A DNA stretch of 63,376 bases, filler included, from Globobulimina sp. (GCA_003354225.1; 31 parts of 31 records of this genome joined end to end with filler, not necessarily neighbours in it), one strand, 5' to 3'; shown: positions 11,577 through 24,099, numbered from the whole stretch's first letter. A program made the numbers and translations. The notes: generated by a model not told the origin, from the sequence alone.

Positions 11577-12194
11577 TCATTCCATATCTTTACAAAATTG
11601 CCGATATTGATAATAAAACCAAAACACCGCAAATTTTAATCCAGGTGGAATATCATCAGACTCTAAAACAAATTTCCTTGATTTTTTAACTGGAATCCAG
11701 ACTATTTCGATCAATTCATTCTCCTCAATGGATCCACCACCTTCTCCAACTTTCATTGATTCATCAATCTGCGCAAAATATATTTTTGTTTGAGTTCCTA
11801 GGATACCGACTGCGGACCGATAATTTGATATAAATTCAATATTTTTGAGTGGTACTTGATAGCCAATCTTTGTAATGGCGATAAGTATAGTTTGTAATGC
11901 CGATAATTGCGGTTTATCCAATAAGCCAGCAATGCATTACACTGTGCATCCAATCTCATGTCCATCATTACATAATTTATATTCCTCTTTCTCTTCATTT
12001 AAGGTGTTAGATTTCATTCGATTATAATATACAGCGGGTCTCAATTGTTTGACAAACAAAAACGATTCTTTTTCAACATGATAACATAACGCAGCAACGC
12101 CATTCATTGATTCTACTAAATCCCATATACGTTTGTTACCGTTTTGTGAGAATGTCATGCGTTTTGGAGAAACGAATTTGCTTTTTCCATTTGG
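11577..12194 (-). pseudogene. NUDT14/NudK-like nucleotide-sugar Nudix hydrolase, disrupted
   Basis: WDLVES, FVKQLRPAVY, AGLLDKP and GEGGGSIEENELIEIV motifs. In-frame TAA at 11937-11939 sits where Glu is expected, and the Nudix-box glutamates are absent. Confidence 0.75.
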
Positions 12195-12700
12195 NNNNNN
12201 NNNNNNNNNNNNNNNNNNNNNNNNNNNNNNNNNNNNNNTTAATTAATTAANNNNNNNNNNNNNNNNNNNNNNNNNNNNNNNNNNNNNNNNNNNNGTTCAT
12301 TGATTGAGAAAAGAAAAATCAATATTTATTATTGTTTGGGAAATGAAATATACATAAAAGAGCAACTAAACATTAATCAACAAAGCTGGCAATATGAGAT
12401 TCTTTGTCTGAACTGCGCACAGCACAGACAATGTTACCAAGAAGATTGTGAACCATTTTGTGGTGATTATATTGTTAATGAGGAAATACTATTATTACCT
12501 GATTCAGCTAAATGTTGTATAAGATGTGCGTTTCAGAAAATGTGGCAAGACGAATACGGTGAACTTTTCCATTCTGAATAAATTAATTAATGCTTGTAAA
12601 TGTAAAGTTGATTGGTTGTATGAATTATTGTTGAATGTTCTATGCATTTTTTTGTTATTTTTAACCTTTATAGTTTTATGCGAAAACTTACGTTGCTTTA

Positions 12701-14243
12701 ATGTCTACCCCATCAAATTATTCAACATTACATCCGATGAACGGAATAGAACCAGTGGAAGCGCGCCAGATATTTATCAATGACATATCTGGTGAAACCA
12801 CAACATCAGACTTGCGCACTTTATTTGCTGCAGCTGGTAAGGTAACCAATGTTGAGATAGACACCAATGAATTAAACCGACATTTCGCATTTGTAACATT
12901 TGAATCCTCACAAGGCGTACAATCAGCAATCACCAAATTCACCACCACCAATCTAAACAATACCACTCTTGTTTGCCGCAGACGCACCCAATTGGAACAG
13001 GTATCAAATATCGTGTTACAATCCACATAAAACATGCACAAAAACAATGTATCCTTGCACTGACAGATGAGGCAAAAAAGAATGATTGACGCCAGATGCA
13101 AATTATTTGTCGGCAACATCCCCCAGCAATTGGGCCCCGGCGAGCTAAGACGAGAAATCGAGAGATTGTCTGGTCGGCCCATCAAAGACTTCCGACACAA
13201 GAAAGGATATTGTTTTGTAGGTTACAACACGCCGCAAGACGCTGAAGACGCAAAAAGGAATTTAAAAAATGCCATCTGTGGCGGCAAATCGTTGAATGCC
13301 GAATTCAAAAAAGAGGATCCGATCCGAAATGAACCCGGTTTCATCGCAGTGTTGGTATGTTTTAATAAATTTATCCTTACTCCTATTCGTCTCATAATAA
13401 TTCACCTTAAAATACATAATAATTCATAAACAATCATAATTGCTGTTGTGTGACTTTGTTGTGTGTAGGAACAAGCACAGAGAACCTTATATGTCCGGGA
13501 TATCCCCGCAAGTACATCACCCGATGAGTTTAAAAAAATATTTGAGCACTATGGTAAAGTGAGAAAATTTACATTGCCCACTGAAAAGTATGATACCTCC
13601 GCACTCGTAATCTAATAAAATCTAATAATTGTATGCCATGAACACATATAACAAACAAACAATCAGTCGATCCAATAAGTTAATCGGTTATGCGTTCATT
13701 GAGTATTTTTGGAAGGAAGATTGTGACAAAGCATTGCAGCAAACTGAAGCTCTCTTAATTGATGGCGTTCAGATTGAAATAAGGATTTCAGGTCTCACTC
13801 CATAACATTATCAATTATAAACTATGAATGCTAAACTATCCAATTTGCCTATCACTAAATTATCAATTTGTTTTTTTGTGCTTTCAGACCCACCAAAGGA
13901 TAAACAATCGAGCTATGACGGCCATCGCCGTGGTGGTGGTGGCAATCGAAGAGAGCACCGAAGGGACGGTGTGCGTGGTGGAGGAATGAGTCGCGATCGA
14001 AATAGAAACGATAATAAATATAACCGGGGAGGGAATGACAGAAATAGGTCTAGATTCAATAGGAATCGGTCACGCAGTCGCTCCAGATCTAGATCACGAG
14101 ACAGAAATAGTCACTCACGACACCATCACAACGCACATAGTTCATACAACAACCATCACAGTGGACGCACGCACTCCCATCCTCATCCACATTCAAATGC
14201 GGCCACTATGTCCTACAATGCGCGCAATCCAGAACCCAGCGCC
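12701..14243 (+). CDS. Multi-RRM RNA-binding protein with RS/His-rich tail (SR-like), multi-exon, partial
   Basis: RNP motifs IFINDI/HFAFVTF, LFVGNI/KGYCFVGY and LYVRDI/GYAFIEY; RSRSRSRSRD tract; GT-AG introns such as 13001-13066 and 13355-13468. Confidence 0.85.
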
Positions 14244-14449
14244 NNNNNNNNNNNNNNNNNNNNNNNNNNNNNNNNNNNNNNNNNNNNTTAATTAATTAAN
14301 NNNNNNNNNNNNNNNNNNNNNNNNNNNNNNNNNNNNNNNNNNNTACTATTATTAGTATTATTATTACTTTGATTGGCCACCGATCGACTTGGAGTTAATA
14401 CTGGTGACCTCGTTTCATCATACTGTTTGTTGAAGCGTAATCCTTCCTT

Positions 14450-14585
14450 TCTTAATTGATGATACGTCAAACTTAATACTTCTGCAGTTTTCTTTTGATT
14501 AAATTGACTGTATTCAAGCGCTTTTTTTATTAAATCAATTTCAAATTCATTAGAAAGTGTTTTTAAACTACACGGAAAGGATACA
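14450..14585 (-). other. pspF: Embedded fragment of a gammaproteobacterial PspF-like sigma54 activator (Fis-type HTH C-terminus)
   Basis: LKTLSNEFEIDLIKKALEYSQFNQKKTAEVLSLTYHQLR closely matches the PspF C-terminus. It is flanked by unrelated sequence; boundaries are approximate. Confidence 0.75.
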
Positions 14586-15102
14586 TTATCCAAAGTATTA
14601 CAACAAACACTGGGATATTTTCGACGCTTACTTGACAAACTGGGACATCTTCCAAATCGATATAAGGTTTTTTTAGGACTCCAAACGCAAATATATTGAA
14701 TATAGTCCACACCAACAGTACTGCAGTGCATATGAATAATGTTCGCTTTTTATAGCTGAATGCTGAATCTTTCCATATCTCTTTGAGACGAAATAGCAAT
14801 GTCAAATATAATGCACATTTAAATAACGTATAAGATGAATATAAATTGCAAATGACATTGCAAAAATAATTGGATTCAAACAGAGCTAGAATTTCAAAGC
14901 AATAAATTAGGATTGTACATGTTGCAATAATTAACAATATGAATGATAAAAACAATGATGACTGAGGTTTGCAATTGCTTGCGTTTAATCCCATATGTTT
15001 TTTTGTGGTGTAACAATGATAAATGACAATAATGAATAGCACAAATAAATTTAGAACAGAAATTATTTGGCAGGAAAGTAATTTAATACTCTGTGAAGAC
15101 AT
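14586..15102 (-). CDS. Multipass membrane protein (7TM-like), truncated by the pspF fragment
   Basis: Four to five hydrophobic segments with a Cys before the third; the frame runs into the bacterial insert. Confidence 0.6.
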
Positions 15103-15134
15103 TGTTCCGGGATTTTGTTCGCAAGTATGGAATA

Positions 15135-16292
15135 ATGGCAACTGTTTTAAAAAGTTTAACGATAATTTGTATATTGATAACTATCAATGCAAACGAAACC
15201 ATACAACCAGAAAACACATCAAATTCTACAAGCTCACCAGAATGGTATCAAACAACTGAATGTGCATATTTCAGTGAGCATTACTATTCGATATCGCCAT
15301 CGCAAATGATTACGGATTCTATTATAATCCATCAAAATTCCTTTATTATCAGATTTGATATGAAATTACACCAATATTATAACGATTCCTTATGTAATAT
15401 TTTATATGTTGGGAATGAGCATATCAAAATGCCATCGATATCAATCAATGGAATTCAAAACTATTTTGAAATATCCATATCAAATGAGCATGGCTTTGAC
15501 GATCTCCATAGGATTCCTAATGCATATAATTTACTACCCATTGATGAGTTCCATACTATCTCTATTTCATATAAAATAAATGAATTAAAGCAGCAACAAA
15601 CTGCATTTGGTATTGATAATGTGTCATATTACATTCATTCAACAGTTTCAAGTGATATTACATCCCAATTGCAACAGCAATACCCATTGTATTTGAGCAG
15701 TCCATGGAACAACAATGATATAAACGCAACAGTCACCAATTTGTGCATTGAATCCTCATCATCTTCAAATACTGCTACACCAATACCTTATACATGCGAC
15801 GTATGCGAAGCAGAAATAAAATGCGGACAAACGTTAAACAGTGATCTTACTGATCCAGGTTCATATCCATGTATTAAGTATTATTATTTTAATTTATCAC
15901 AGGATCTACCATTTATAACTTTCGATTCATGTCAACCGTTATATAATACTTATTTACATGACGGCGTATATGATACAGATCTATATTTATATGATATGAA
16001 TTTCTCGGTCTTATATCAAGGCATTAATGATGGCATTTGTACCAATAAAGAAAAACTATCAATAATAAATCTGGAAAGGGGCAATATATTTTAGGACTTG
16101 ATTATTCCACAGATTATTCAGAATGTTCCTCTTCATGGGAAATAGATGTTATTTGTCAGAATGAAAGCACCTATCCATACGCAGCAAGATTTGGAAGTGC
16201 TACGTATTGGATAGACGCAGAACTTGACTGTGAGATACAATTTGGCACTTCGTTGGCGACCATTATAACTGAACAAGATATGACCCAAGCAA
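15135..16292 (+). CDS. Secreted multidomain protein leading into a C-type lectin-like domain; one frameshift near 16075-16082
   Basis: Signal peptide MATVLKSLTIICILITINA and a DSC...DTDLYLYD module. An alternative frame from 16082 continues QYILGL...WIDAELDCEIQFGTSLATIITEQD. Confidence 0.6.
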
Positions 16293-16392
16293 NNNNNNNN
16301 NNNNNNNNNNNNNNNNNNNNNNNNNNNNNNNNNNNNTTAATTAATTAANNNNNNNNNNNNNNNNNNNNNNNNNNNNNNNNNNNNNNNNNNNN

Positions 16393-18340
16393 TCTATGCA
16401 AGGTTGGTACAGAAAATGGGTGTTTATAGATGGCAGGGCGCACAGTTTAGTCCTTACTGTTTTGTGCTTTTGTTTATTAAGGCATACTTTGACTATTTTG
16501 TATACATTCCAGTGGTTTTGAATATGGTCAACCTCAGGGTTTGGCGCATATAAAACCAAAGCATAAGAATGTAAAAGAAGAAGTATTGCAGAACATATAC
16601 AGTCCGCTGACCATATACTGTTGGAATCAGACTGTAACAAAAGTACAACAATTTGTGCAATCCTTTGCTGTGGAAAGAATGAGAACAGACCGTGACGGAA
16701 AATATTTTGATTCAGCTCTGGGAGTACAATCGGAATGGAAAAGAGGAGAAATACCATCAATTAAAGAAGTGACAGTGATTAAGTTATACACCGATTGGGA
16801 TTCATTGCAATCGGAATTAAAAAAAAGTTTTCGTTTAGAATCAGGTATAAATTCATAAACAACCTAACATTTCCATCCATGTGTATTATATTTTGCTTTT
16901 TTAAAATAATTAAAGTCGATGATATTGTTGAACGTTATAATTTGCCTTTGCCCAACGCACTGAACGCAGCATCGGCGTTGTCAGTCAGCAGATCTTCGCC
17001 AACACGTACTTTAAAACCACAACTGAGCACATTACGAAAGGGCACTGTGTCATTTGGTTCTTTGACACATGCAAAAACGTCCAGTATTGACTTGTATGAA
17101 GCAATCGATAATTTGGAAAGCAGATTAAAAGAATTCTTTCATTGGAGAGCTAATTTATTAATATTTATACACAAATTTAGTGAAATTATATTACCCGCAT
17201 GGAATGATAATGAATTTATATTATATCAAGGTGTAAATAATAAAATGATATTGAATCCGTCGTCAACTACGTCATATTACGGGCCATTATCTACATCATC
17301 GTCATATTATGTGGCGCAAACATTTGCTACTGATAAAGGAATGATATTAGCATTGAGGTAATACGGCAAACATCATACTATCAATGATGAAAAAAAAAGT
17401 TTAAAAACGTGCATGGAAAATTAAGTGCGCGTTTTTAACTTTTTTTTTTTGTGTAATAGTCAGAAACCCATAATACATATTTTAAATGAGCTCGCAAATG
17501 AATTTTATGCGTTTCTGTGTTACAAATTGTATTATTTGCTACATTAAGTTCACAATATCCACGCTTGGGATTATGCACTGCTTTTAATGCTTCGTTGATT
17601 AGTGACTACCCGGAAGAACAGGAATATTTAATAGCTCATATTTATCTGCGAATACGTAGAGTTTATACAAAAACGTTTGAATTCATTCCGATGGATTCAA
17701 AATTAAAATATTGCTTTTTTGTGTTACATTTGTTCCGAGAACAAATATTTACAATGAATTCATTATTAGAAACATATCTTATTCCATTTATTCAAATTCA
17801 TTTAAAAGATGTTATGCAAACTAATGAGGAATGGTTAAGGAAAGAAATGGAGGGAAATAATATTATTAATGATAATTACAAATATTTAAAAGATATTTAT
17901 GAATGGGGAAGGAATGATTTTAAGAGTAATATTCCTAAATCATCAGTTGCAGGAATCGCAAAAAAAGAAAATGGCACAGGAATAATAAAAAAAAGCAAGA
18001 TATTTTATATTTTGATCAAAAAATTTATGGAGTTTGTGATTGAACCAAATTTAAAACAGATTTTAAAACTTGACTGTATTTCGCCTGGATTGAGGCCATA
18101 TTTTCTAAAGAATTCTGGTCAAAGATTTGTATTAAAAAAAAGATATAATGGCTTACAGGAAGAGGTTGAACAGATTTGGTATGAGGTATCATTTAAAAAA
18201 CTTATTAATTTATTTCCAAAAACAGAACAAATACATTTTTCAAATTGGTATAAATTTGATAATGCTGCTCTTAAAAAGTTAATAAATCAAATTAGAAGAC
18301 AAGATAATAAGTTAACAGCTGTTAAATTTTTATATTATGA
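16393..18340 (+). CDS. ADP-ribosyltransferase-like protein (R-S-E clade, divergent), multi-exon, partial
   Basis: IKLYTDWD...EFFHW...ILYQGV...GPLSTSSSYYVAQTFATDKGMILAL...ISDYPEEQEYLI; GT-AG introns separate the ORF pieces. Confidence 0.7.
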
Positions 18341-19057
18341 NNNNNNNNNNNNNNNNNNNNNNNNNNNNNNNNNNNNNNNNNNNNTTAATTAATTAANNNN
18401 NNNNNNNNNNNNNNNNNNNNNNNNNNNNNNNNNNNNNNNNATCAATATAAAGATATGCTGGCATAAAGGTCCAATAATGTCGATATGGGATAAAAAAAAA
18501 TAAGTAAATTTGATAACATAAACTGCATACAACCACGCTCACTTTAACTGTTTTGCCAATAGCTCCTTCATCAAAACCTAATTCTCGCTCCATTCCACTT
18601 TGAGAGCTTTTCATTTCAAGTCAAAACGTTTTTTTAGTTTAAAGTTTTCTTAAAATCCATAAAACAAATAAAAAGCTATGGAATTATAATAATACACATG
18701 GCAATATTATTAATCACAAAAATATCACGTGAATATTATTTTTTATGCATAAACTGTATGTTTCTTTTTTGGACAAAACATTGTATCCACATTCAGTATA
18801 TAATCTTGTCTGGAACGTTAAAAACTTTGTTTTCGGAAACACGTTCCCGACTCGATATTACTGAATGGGGATAAAATACTATTTCTTTTGAAATTGTATA
18901 CATTATCCTACACGTGTTATCCTAGCACTATATGTAAATCTCCATAGGATTTTAAATTGTTTAAAAACGCGGTGTTTCAAACATGTCCTATTCTAAAGTA
19001 TTTCATTGTATTCTTCTACTGCTGTTTTTTAAGGTTTAATATCTTTATAGTCGAATA

Positions 19058-20224
19058 ATGCGTCAGCTGCAAAGGTTTCGTCTGCTTGACCTTATCAAAA
19101 AGACATATACTAAATGCTGTAAACGTTATTACTTATCATGTCCAACAATACACTTTTTTGGTCTAAAATGTCAATACAACTATTTCCATTATCATTACAA
19201 TCGTAGATATTCCAAATTGCCAGGATCCATTATCTCAAATCAAAATAGATTATTTAGTTACTATTCATATTGTATTCCAAAACCAGTTCATATCAAAAAC
19301 AAAAATTATGCGAAAATCAGCCCCCATTTTGGCTATGCCGGCGAGGACAGCTTTTTTACACAGATATTGAAAAACAACGACATGAATAAAACTGCGCACG
19401 CCTCGCCTTTGTTATTTATTGGTGTCGCAGACGGCGTTGGTTCATGGAAACCAAAAAAAGCAAAAGATGCAGCAAAATATTCACAAGAATTAATGTTATC
19501 AGGCATCAAATATTTATCCTCCCTCTCATTGAATGATATATGCAATGACTCGGATAACAACTGTTACAATGTCTCAATATCCAATAAAATGGCTCACTTC
19601 GCATCCACCACTGTGACTGATATGCAATTGCAAGGTGCCTCTACCTTATGTTTATTGACTATACAAGCATTATCCGGCGGCACTGCCAGTGATACATCGA
19701 CATTCAAATGCGAATTAAATGCATTTAATTTAGGCGACTCTGGTTTTAGTGTATATCGCAAGTCAAAGGATGAGAGTTATGACATTATTTATAAATCGCC
19801 AGCGCAAGAACAAGGATTTGGCATTCCGTATCAATTGGGGTCGCATAAGACTGCCAATGCCATTGAGGACGGATATTGTTTGGAGAATTTCAAATTAAAA
19901 TCACGCGATATTGTGATTGTTGGCAGTGATGGATTGTGGGATAATTTATGGGATCATCAAATAGCACAAATTATTTGTCAAAGTATGACTCGATATCATG
20001 AGGACTGGGAGAGTAATAATCCGCAATTAAGTTTTAATCATTATGTGCATAATCAAATTGCAAACGGTGATTTGTCGCATAAAATCATGAAACATGCCTA
20101 TCAGAATTCAATTGATAAAAACATATCGACACCGTGGTCACAAGCAATGACCCAAGCTGTTGAAATGGTTTATGACGGAGGAAAACCTGACGATATTACT
20201 TGTGTTGTGGTGTTTATTCATTGA
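19058..20224 (+). CDS. PTC7-type protein phosphatase 2C with probable organellar transit peptide
   Basis: GEDSFF, GVADGVGSW, GASTLC, NLGDSGF, PYQLG, GSDGLWDNL and GGKPDDITCVV motifs. Confidence 0.93.
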   Translation: MRQLQRFRLLDLIKKTYTKCCKRYYLSCPTIHFFGLKCQYNYFHYHYNRRYSKLPGSIISNQNRLFSYYSYCIPKPVHIKNKNYAKISPHFGYAGEDSFFTQILKNNDMNKTAHASPLLFIGVADGVGSWKPKKAKDAAKYSQELMLSGIKYLSSLSLNDICNDSDNNCYNVSISNKMAHFASTTVTDMQLQGASTLCLLTIQALSGGTASDTSTFKCELNAFNLGDSGFSVYRKSKDESYDIIYKSPAQEQGFGIPYQLGSHKTANAIEDGYCLENFKLKSRDIVIVGSDGLWDNLWDHQIAQIICQSMTRYHEDWESNNPQLSFNHYVHNQIANGDLSHKIMKHAYQNSIDKNISTPWSQAMTQAVEMVYDGGKPDDITCVVVFIH

Positions 20225-20670
20225 ATCAGATATAGATTAATATTCTTTGTCGTGTGTGTGTTTATATATTTGTTTGGTTTCTCACCGTATGGTAGGGATT
20301 CGTGGACGAATTTTCCGTATCAATAAGTATTTAAGAAATTGAGGATAACTATTTAGATTTTTTGGGCGTTGGTCATGTACTACTCCCANNNNNNNNNNNN
20401 NNNNNNNNNNNNNNNNNNNNNNNNNNNNNNNNTTAATTAATTAANNNNNNNNNNNNNNNNNNNNNNNNNNNNNNNNNNNNNNNNNNNNTTATAGTATATG
20501 ATCCCGTGACAGGTCCACCATTTATTTAATATATGACTGGATCATATATGTATTTTTTATGTATATCCTGTAACATACAAAGGTATCAAAAAAAATATTC
20601 GAAACACTCCCCTACTTAGTACTTATTACCTGACTTTACTCTTTAATCATCAAAAACTTTTGGGAGCTAC

Positions 20671-22436
20671 ATGTCTGTGCCCAAGAAATATATCGATGCA
20701 TATAATGAATTCAAAGCAATACAATGGCGTCGAACATCACCAAGCAAACAAAAACAATCAAAATCACCAACCAAACAGAAACCACTCAGAAAGAAATATG
20801 AAAAACATAGATTATACACTGATTACACTCATTCCAGCAATTATTATTATGTTCCATTTGCCGGCAGAGATCACATTGAAAACGAAAAAGGCACTCTGGC
20901 TGCAATGCCTCTAATTAATGATCCCGATTTCTTAAAATCATTACCGATCAAAGTGTACACACTCCATCAAAACATATCTTTTTTTAAGATCAAAGATTTG
21001 ACACAAAACTATTTGGTTAGATTGAATAATAACAATCTAAAAATTGTTACTGATAAAACAATTACGTATCTAAATAAATTTGACTTAAATACCGTTCCAA
21101 TCCGATATCCTGCAGACATTAACACAGTGTATGGCTATAATATTACCAAACCTTTACCGCTGAATGAGTTCCGCCCGCAAGATTTTAGTTTAACCCAACA
21201 AAAATTACCAATGTCCAGTTTTATTTTGAAAGAAATTGCTGCAAAAAGTGGTGCAAAATCATTAAATGCTGATTTTCTGTCTTCTCGCGCTGCACTGACG
21301 CGCATATGTCATGTGATTATATCCAATATCAAGCCTGGTCGGTATACTCTTCATGATCCCTTACATGTTCTGATCTGGTCTGAAAAAAGTGTGCCGTCCA
21401 TTGATCCGGAACCTTGGAATAAAAACATCATTCAATTACATTACATCACAACAGATGATAGATATGAACCTGATTTACTCAAAGATAATCCCAATTCACT
21501 GTATGGCCAATTGTTTGAACATATTTTAACTAAAAACAGCGACACAATGAAATATAATGAAATGTGTGATGAGTCGAATACCTTTCTTTTCTCACAAATG
21601 CATTTATCTGATCACGATGAGAAGAGCTCATCTGACCCAATTTCGGTACTGTTGATGAGTGAGCAGGATTGCAGAAGGTCGAAATCCAAATTAACTGAGA
21701 TTAAATTATCCAAAATGTATACCATAAAACCGAATATTAAATTCACTGTGATGTTGACCGAAAAGCTTTGTATACCATTTTGGAAATTCATGAGTTATTG
21801 GCTTCAATGTTATTTTGGACATAATACAGATTTGATTGTTGGCTTTCATGTGGACGGAAAGATAGAAAAAATATTTAGCACGACCATAGAATCTATTGTG
21901 CTGCAAAATGAGTGGTTGAAAAAACTGATAGCATTTGTGCAATATTCTTTATTTGAGGTATTGAAATGGATAAAAAAGTGCAGTGAAATGCATTGTGGTG
22001 TAACTCCTTTGGTTTTGAAAACACAATTAGCGAAAAATAAAAATGGTACTGAATATAATCAATTCATTGTCAAACAATTTGGTGGAGAATATGTGCAGGA
22101 ATTAGAATTAAGACAATTGTTGGAATATGGTCAAAAAACGCATAATGTATATTTTGATGCTGCACAGCAGACATTTTATATTCAACAAGTAAATTTTGAT
22201 TATGTGGACAATTATTATTATGTGCCATTTGCCGGCAGAGATCACATTGAAAACGAAAAAGGCACTCTGGCTGCAATGCGTTTAATCAATGATCCTGATT
22301 TCTTAAAATCATTACCAATGCAAGTATGGACACTCCATCAAAACATATGTTTTTTTAAGATCAAAGATTTGACACAAAACTATTTGGTTAGATTGAATAA
22401 TAACAATCTAAAAATTGTCACTGATAAAAAAATTAC
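20671..22436 (+). CDS. RAI1/DXO-family decapping/exoribonuclease-like protein with an in-frame internal duplication, 3'-truncated
   Basis: Family motifs appear in order: SSRAAL, GQLFE, SEQDC, TEIKL, YWLQCYF, LIVGF. Confidence 0.75.
20838..22436 (+). repeat. Diverged direct repeat: 20838-21065 and 22209-22436 (period 1,371 nt = 457 codons)
   Basis: Near-identical 228-nt blocks with scattered substitutions, several of them synonymous (GTT/GTG, CCC/CCT, GTT/GTC). Confidence 0.95.
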
Positions 22437-22536
22437 NNNNNNNNNNNNNNNNNNNNNNNNNNNNNNNNNNNNNNNNNNNNTTAATTAATTAANNNNNNNN
22501 NNNNNNNNNNNNNNNNNNNNNNNNNNNNNNNNNNNN

Positions 22537-22886
22537 AGTGCGCCTGCCTCAGATAATAAGCCTTGCAGTGTACATAATGCATCATTGTCTTCTGGATTGC
22601 CAAAAAAATTTGCAACTGACGATACCAAGTCACCAATGGCTACGCAAAAAATCAATTTGAAGGCAAAGTTGTGTTTAAACTCTGTGAACATCAAATAATT
22701 AAACTGCATATTTAAATGATATTAGTATATGCATTTTGTTGATCGACGAATTAAGATATATACCATGATAAATAAGGCGCCACAAAATGAAAATAAACTA
22801 CATATGACATTGATGACTACCAATATGTCCTCTTCATCCGATGTGTAATTGTGTGTTTCTAACAAATGACGTGCATGTGAGCTCAT
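22537..22886 (-). CDS. GCR1/cAMP-receptor-like GPCR, N-terminal part (one intron)
   Basis: CSLFSFCGALFIM|FNYLMF...FAFKLIFCVAIGDL...ALCTLQG matches the TM1-TM3 pattern of the cAR/GCR1 family. Confidence 0.75.
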
Positions 22887-22983
22887 TTCAGTCAGTTGAT
22901 TTTAATTAAAAAAAACGTTTTCTTAAGTCTCACTAACCTCCTACGCCATCAATAGAATTACAATCTACAGGAACGTAAGAAAT

Positions 22984-23784
22984 ATGGGTAATGAATCATC
23001 AACTTTTGGTTATGGTTATGGACTAAATCGAAGTGGCTGGGCAGAAGTGAGTGAAGGAGCGAAACACCGCTTGGAAATTGCAAAAGCAGGATTTCGTAAT
23101 TTTGTTAAACAATATACATTTCAAAATGTAGACAATAATTATAAATTTACAAAAAAACATGCACTTAAATTGCATTTAGTGGGCAAATTACGTCCAAAAT
23201 TCAATAATTATGTAAAGGAATTTGGTTGTAAACCGAAATGGGTCAAGTTAACAGAAACAGAGAAAAGAAGTATTTCAAAATATAAACATCGAGTGTCGGC
23301 AATTTATTTTTGTAATTTAACCATTGACGGAAATGTAAAACAGAAATTAATGGAAAAGGAGCCAAATTCATTTAAATCCGAGAATTTAATGCAAGAAATA
23401 TCATTATTTACATGTTTGACATCTCATGGCGTTCCAGAAATGGATGCATTGGGTTGGATTATGGAAATACCAAAAAATCAAAAAATTGAAAAAATTCCAA
23501 AAATTGGCAATTTGAAACATTTTCTTGATGAAAAAATCAAGAATGGACCAAAAACAATTTCAATTGAAACTACTGAGGAATATAAAAATGATCCAAAAAG
23601 AAAAAAGGCAAAGAAAAAGAAAAAGAAAAAAAGGACAATTACAACACGAGCTATGCCTAAATTAACCCCAATAACATCATTTTTAAATAAACCACAAAAT
23701 GATAAAAAAAGAAATTGCGTGGATTTATGTGAAAGTAGCGATGATGAATATTTACCTCCTCATAAAAAACAAAGATTTAAATAA
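22984..23784 (+). CDS. Hypothetical basic, probably nuclear protein
   Basis: 266-aa intact ORF with a poly-Lys tract and C-terminal NLS-like PPHKKQRFK. Confidence 0.7.
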   Translation: MGNESSTFGYGYGLNRSGWAEVSEGAKHRLEIAKAGFRNFVKQYTFQNVDNNYKFTKKHALKLHLVGKLRPKFNNYVKEFGCKPKWVKLTETEKRSISKYKHRVSAIYFCNLTIDGNVKQKLMEKEPNSFKSENLMQEISLFTCLTSHGVPEMDALGWIMEIPKNQKIEKIPKIGNLKHFLDEKIKNGPKTISIETTEEYKNDPKRKKAKKKKKKKRTITTRAMPKLTPITSFLNKPQNDKKRNCVDLCESSDDEYLPPHKKQRFK

Positions 23785-23877
23785 CATATAATATTCACCA
23801 AACATTGGGCATTTTTTTGTGTATTTCAGTATTTATTCTTCCTTCATTTGAAAAAGCGTTATATAGTAAACTAGTCA

Positions 23878-24013
23878 TCGTATTTTCTCGGACTTATAAT
23901 GCGAACAAAATATCCATACTACATTTGTCTCGACTTATAAATCGAGACTGTTTTAATTTATATAGTCTTCTTGCCTAGGTCTCATTGTCTCGATTTATAT
24001 TGCGTAATATAAG
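23878..24013. mobile_element. Degenerate pogo/Tigger-like MITE remnant
   Basis: Starts CGTATTTTCTCGGACTTATAA, has internal TCTCGA(C/T)TTATA subrepeats and ends TTATATTGCGTAATATA; lies between convergent genes. Confidence 0.35.
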
Positions 24014-24099
24014 AATGCTGAGCCCTAATTAATCGGATTTAAAATGGGAAATTATTGCATGTGATTTCATGGTCAAATGTTCGAATTTATGTGATTAGA

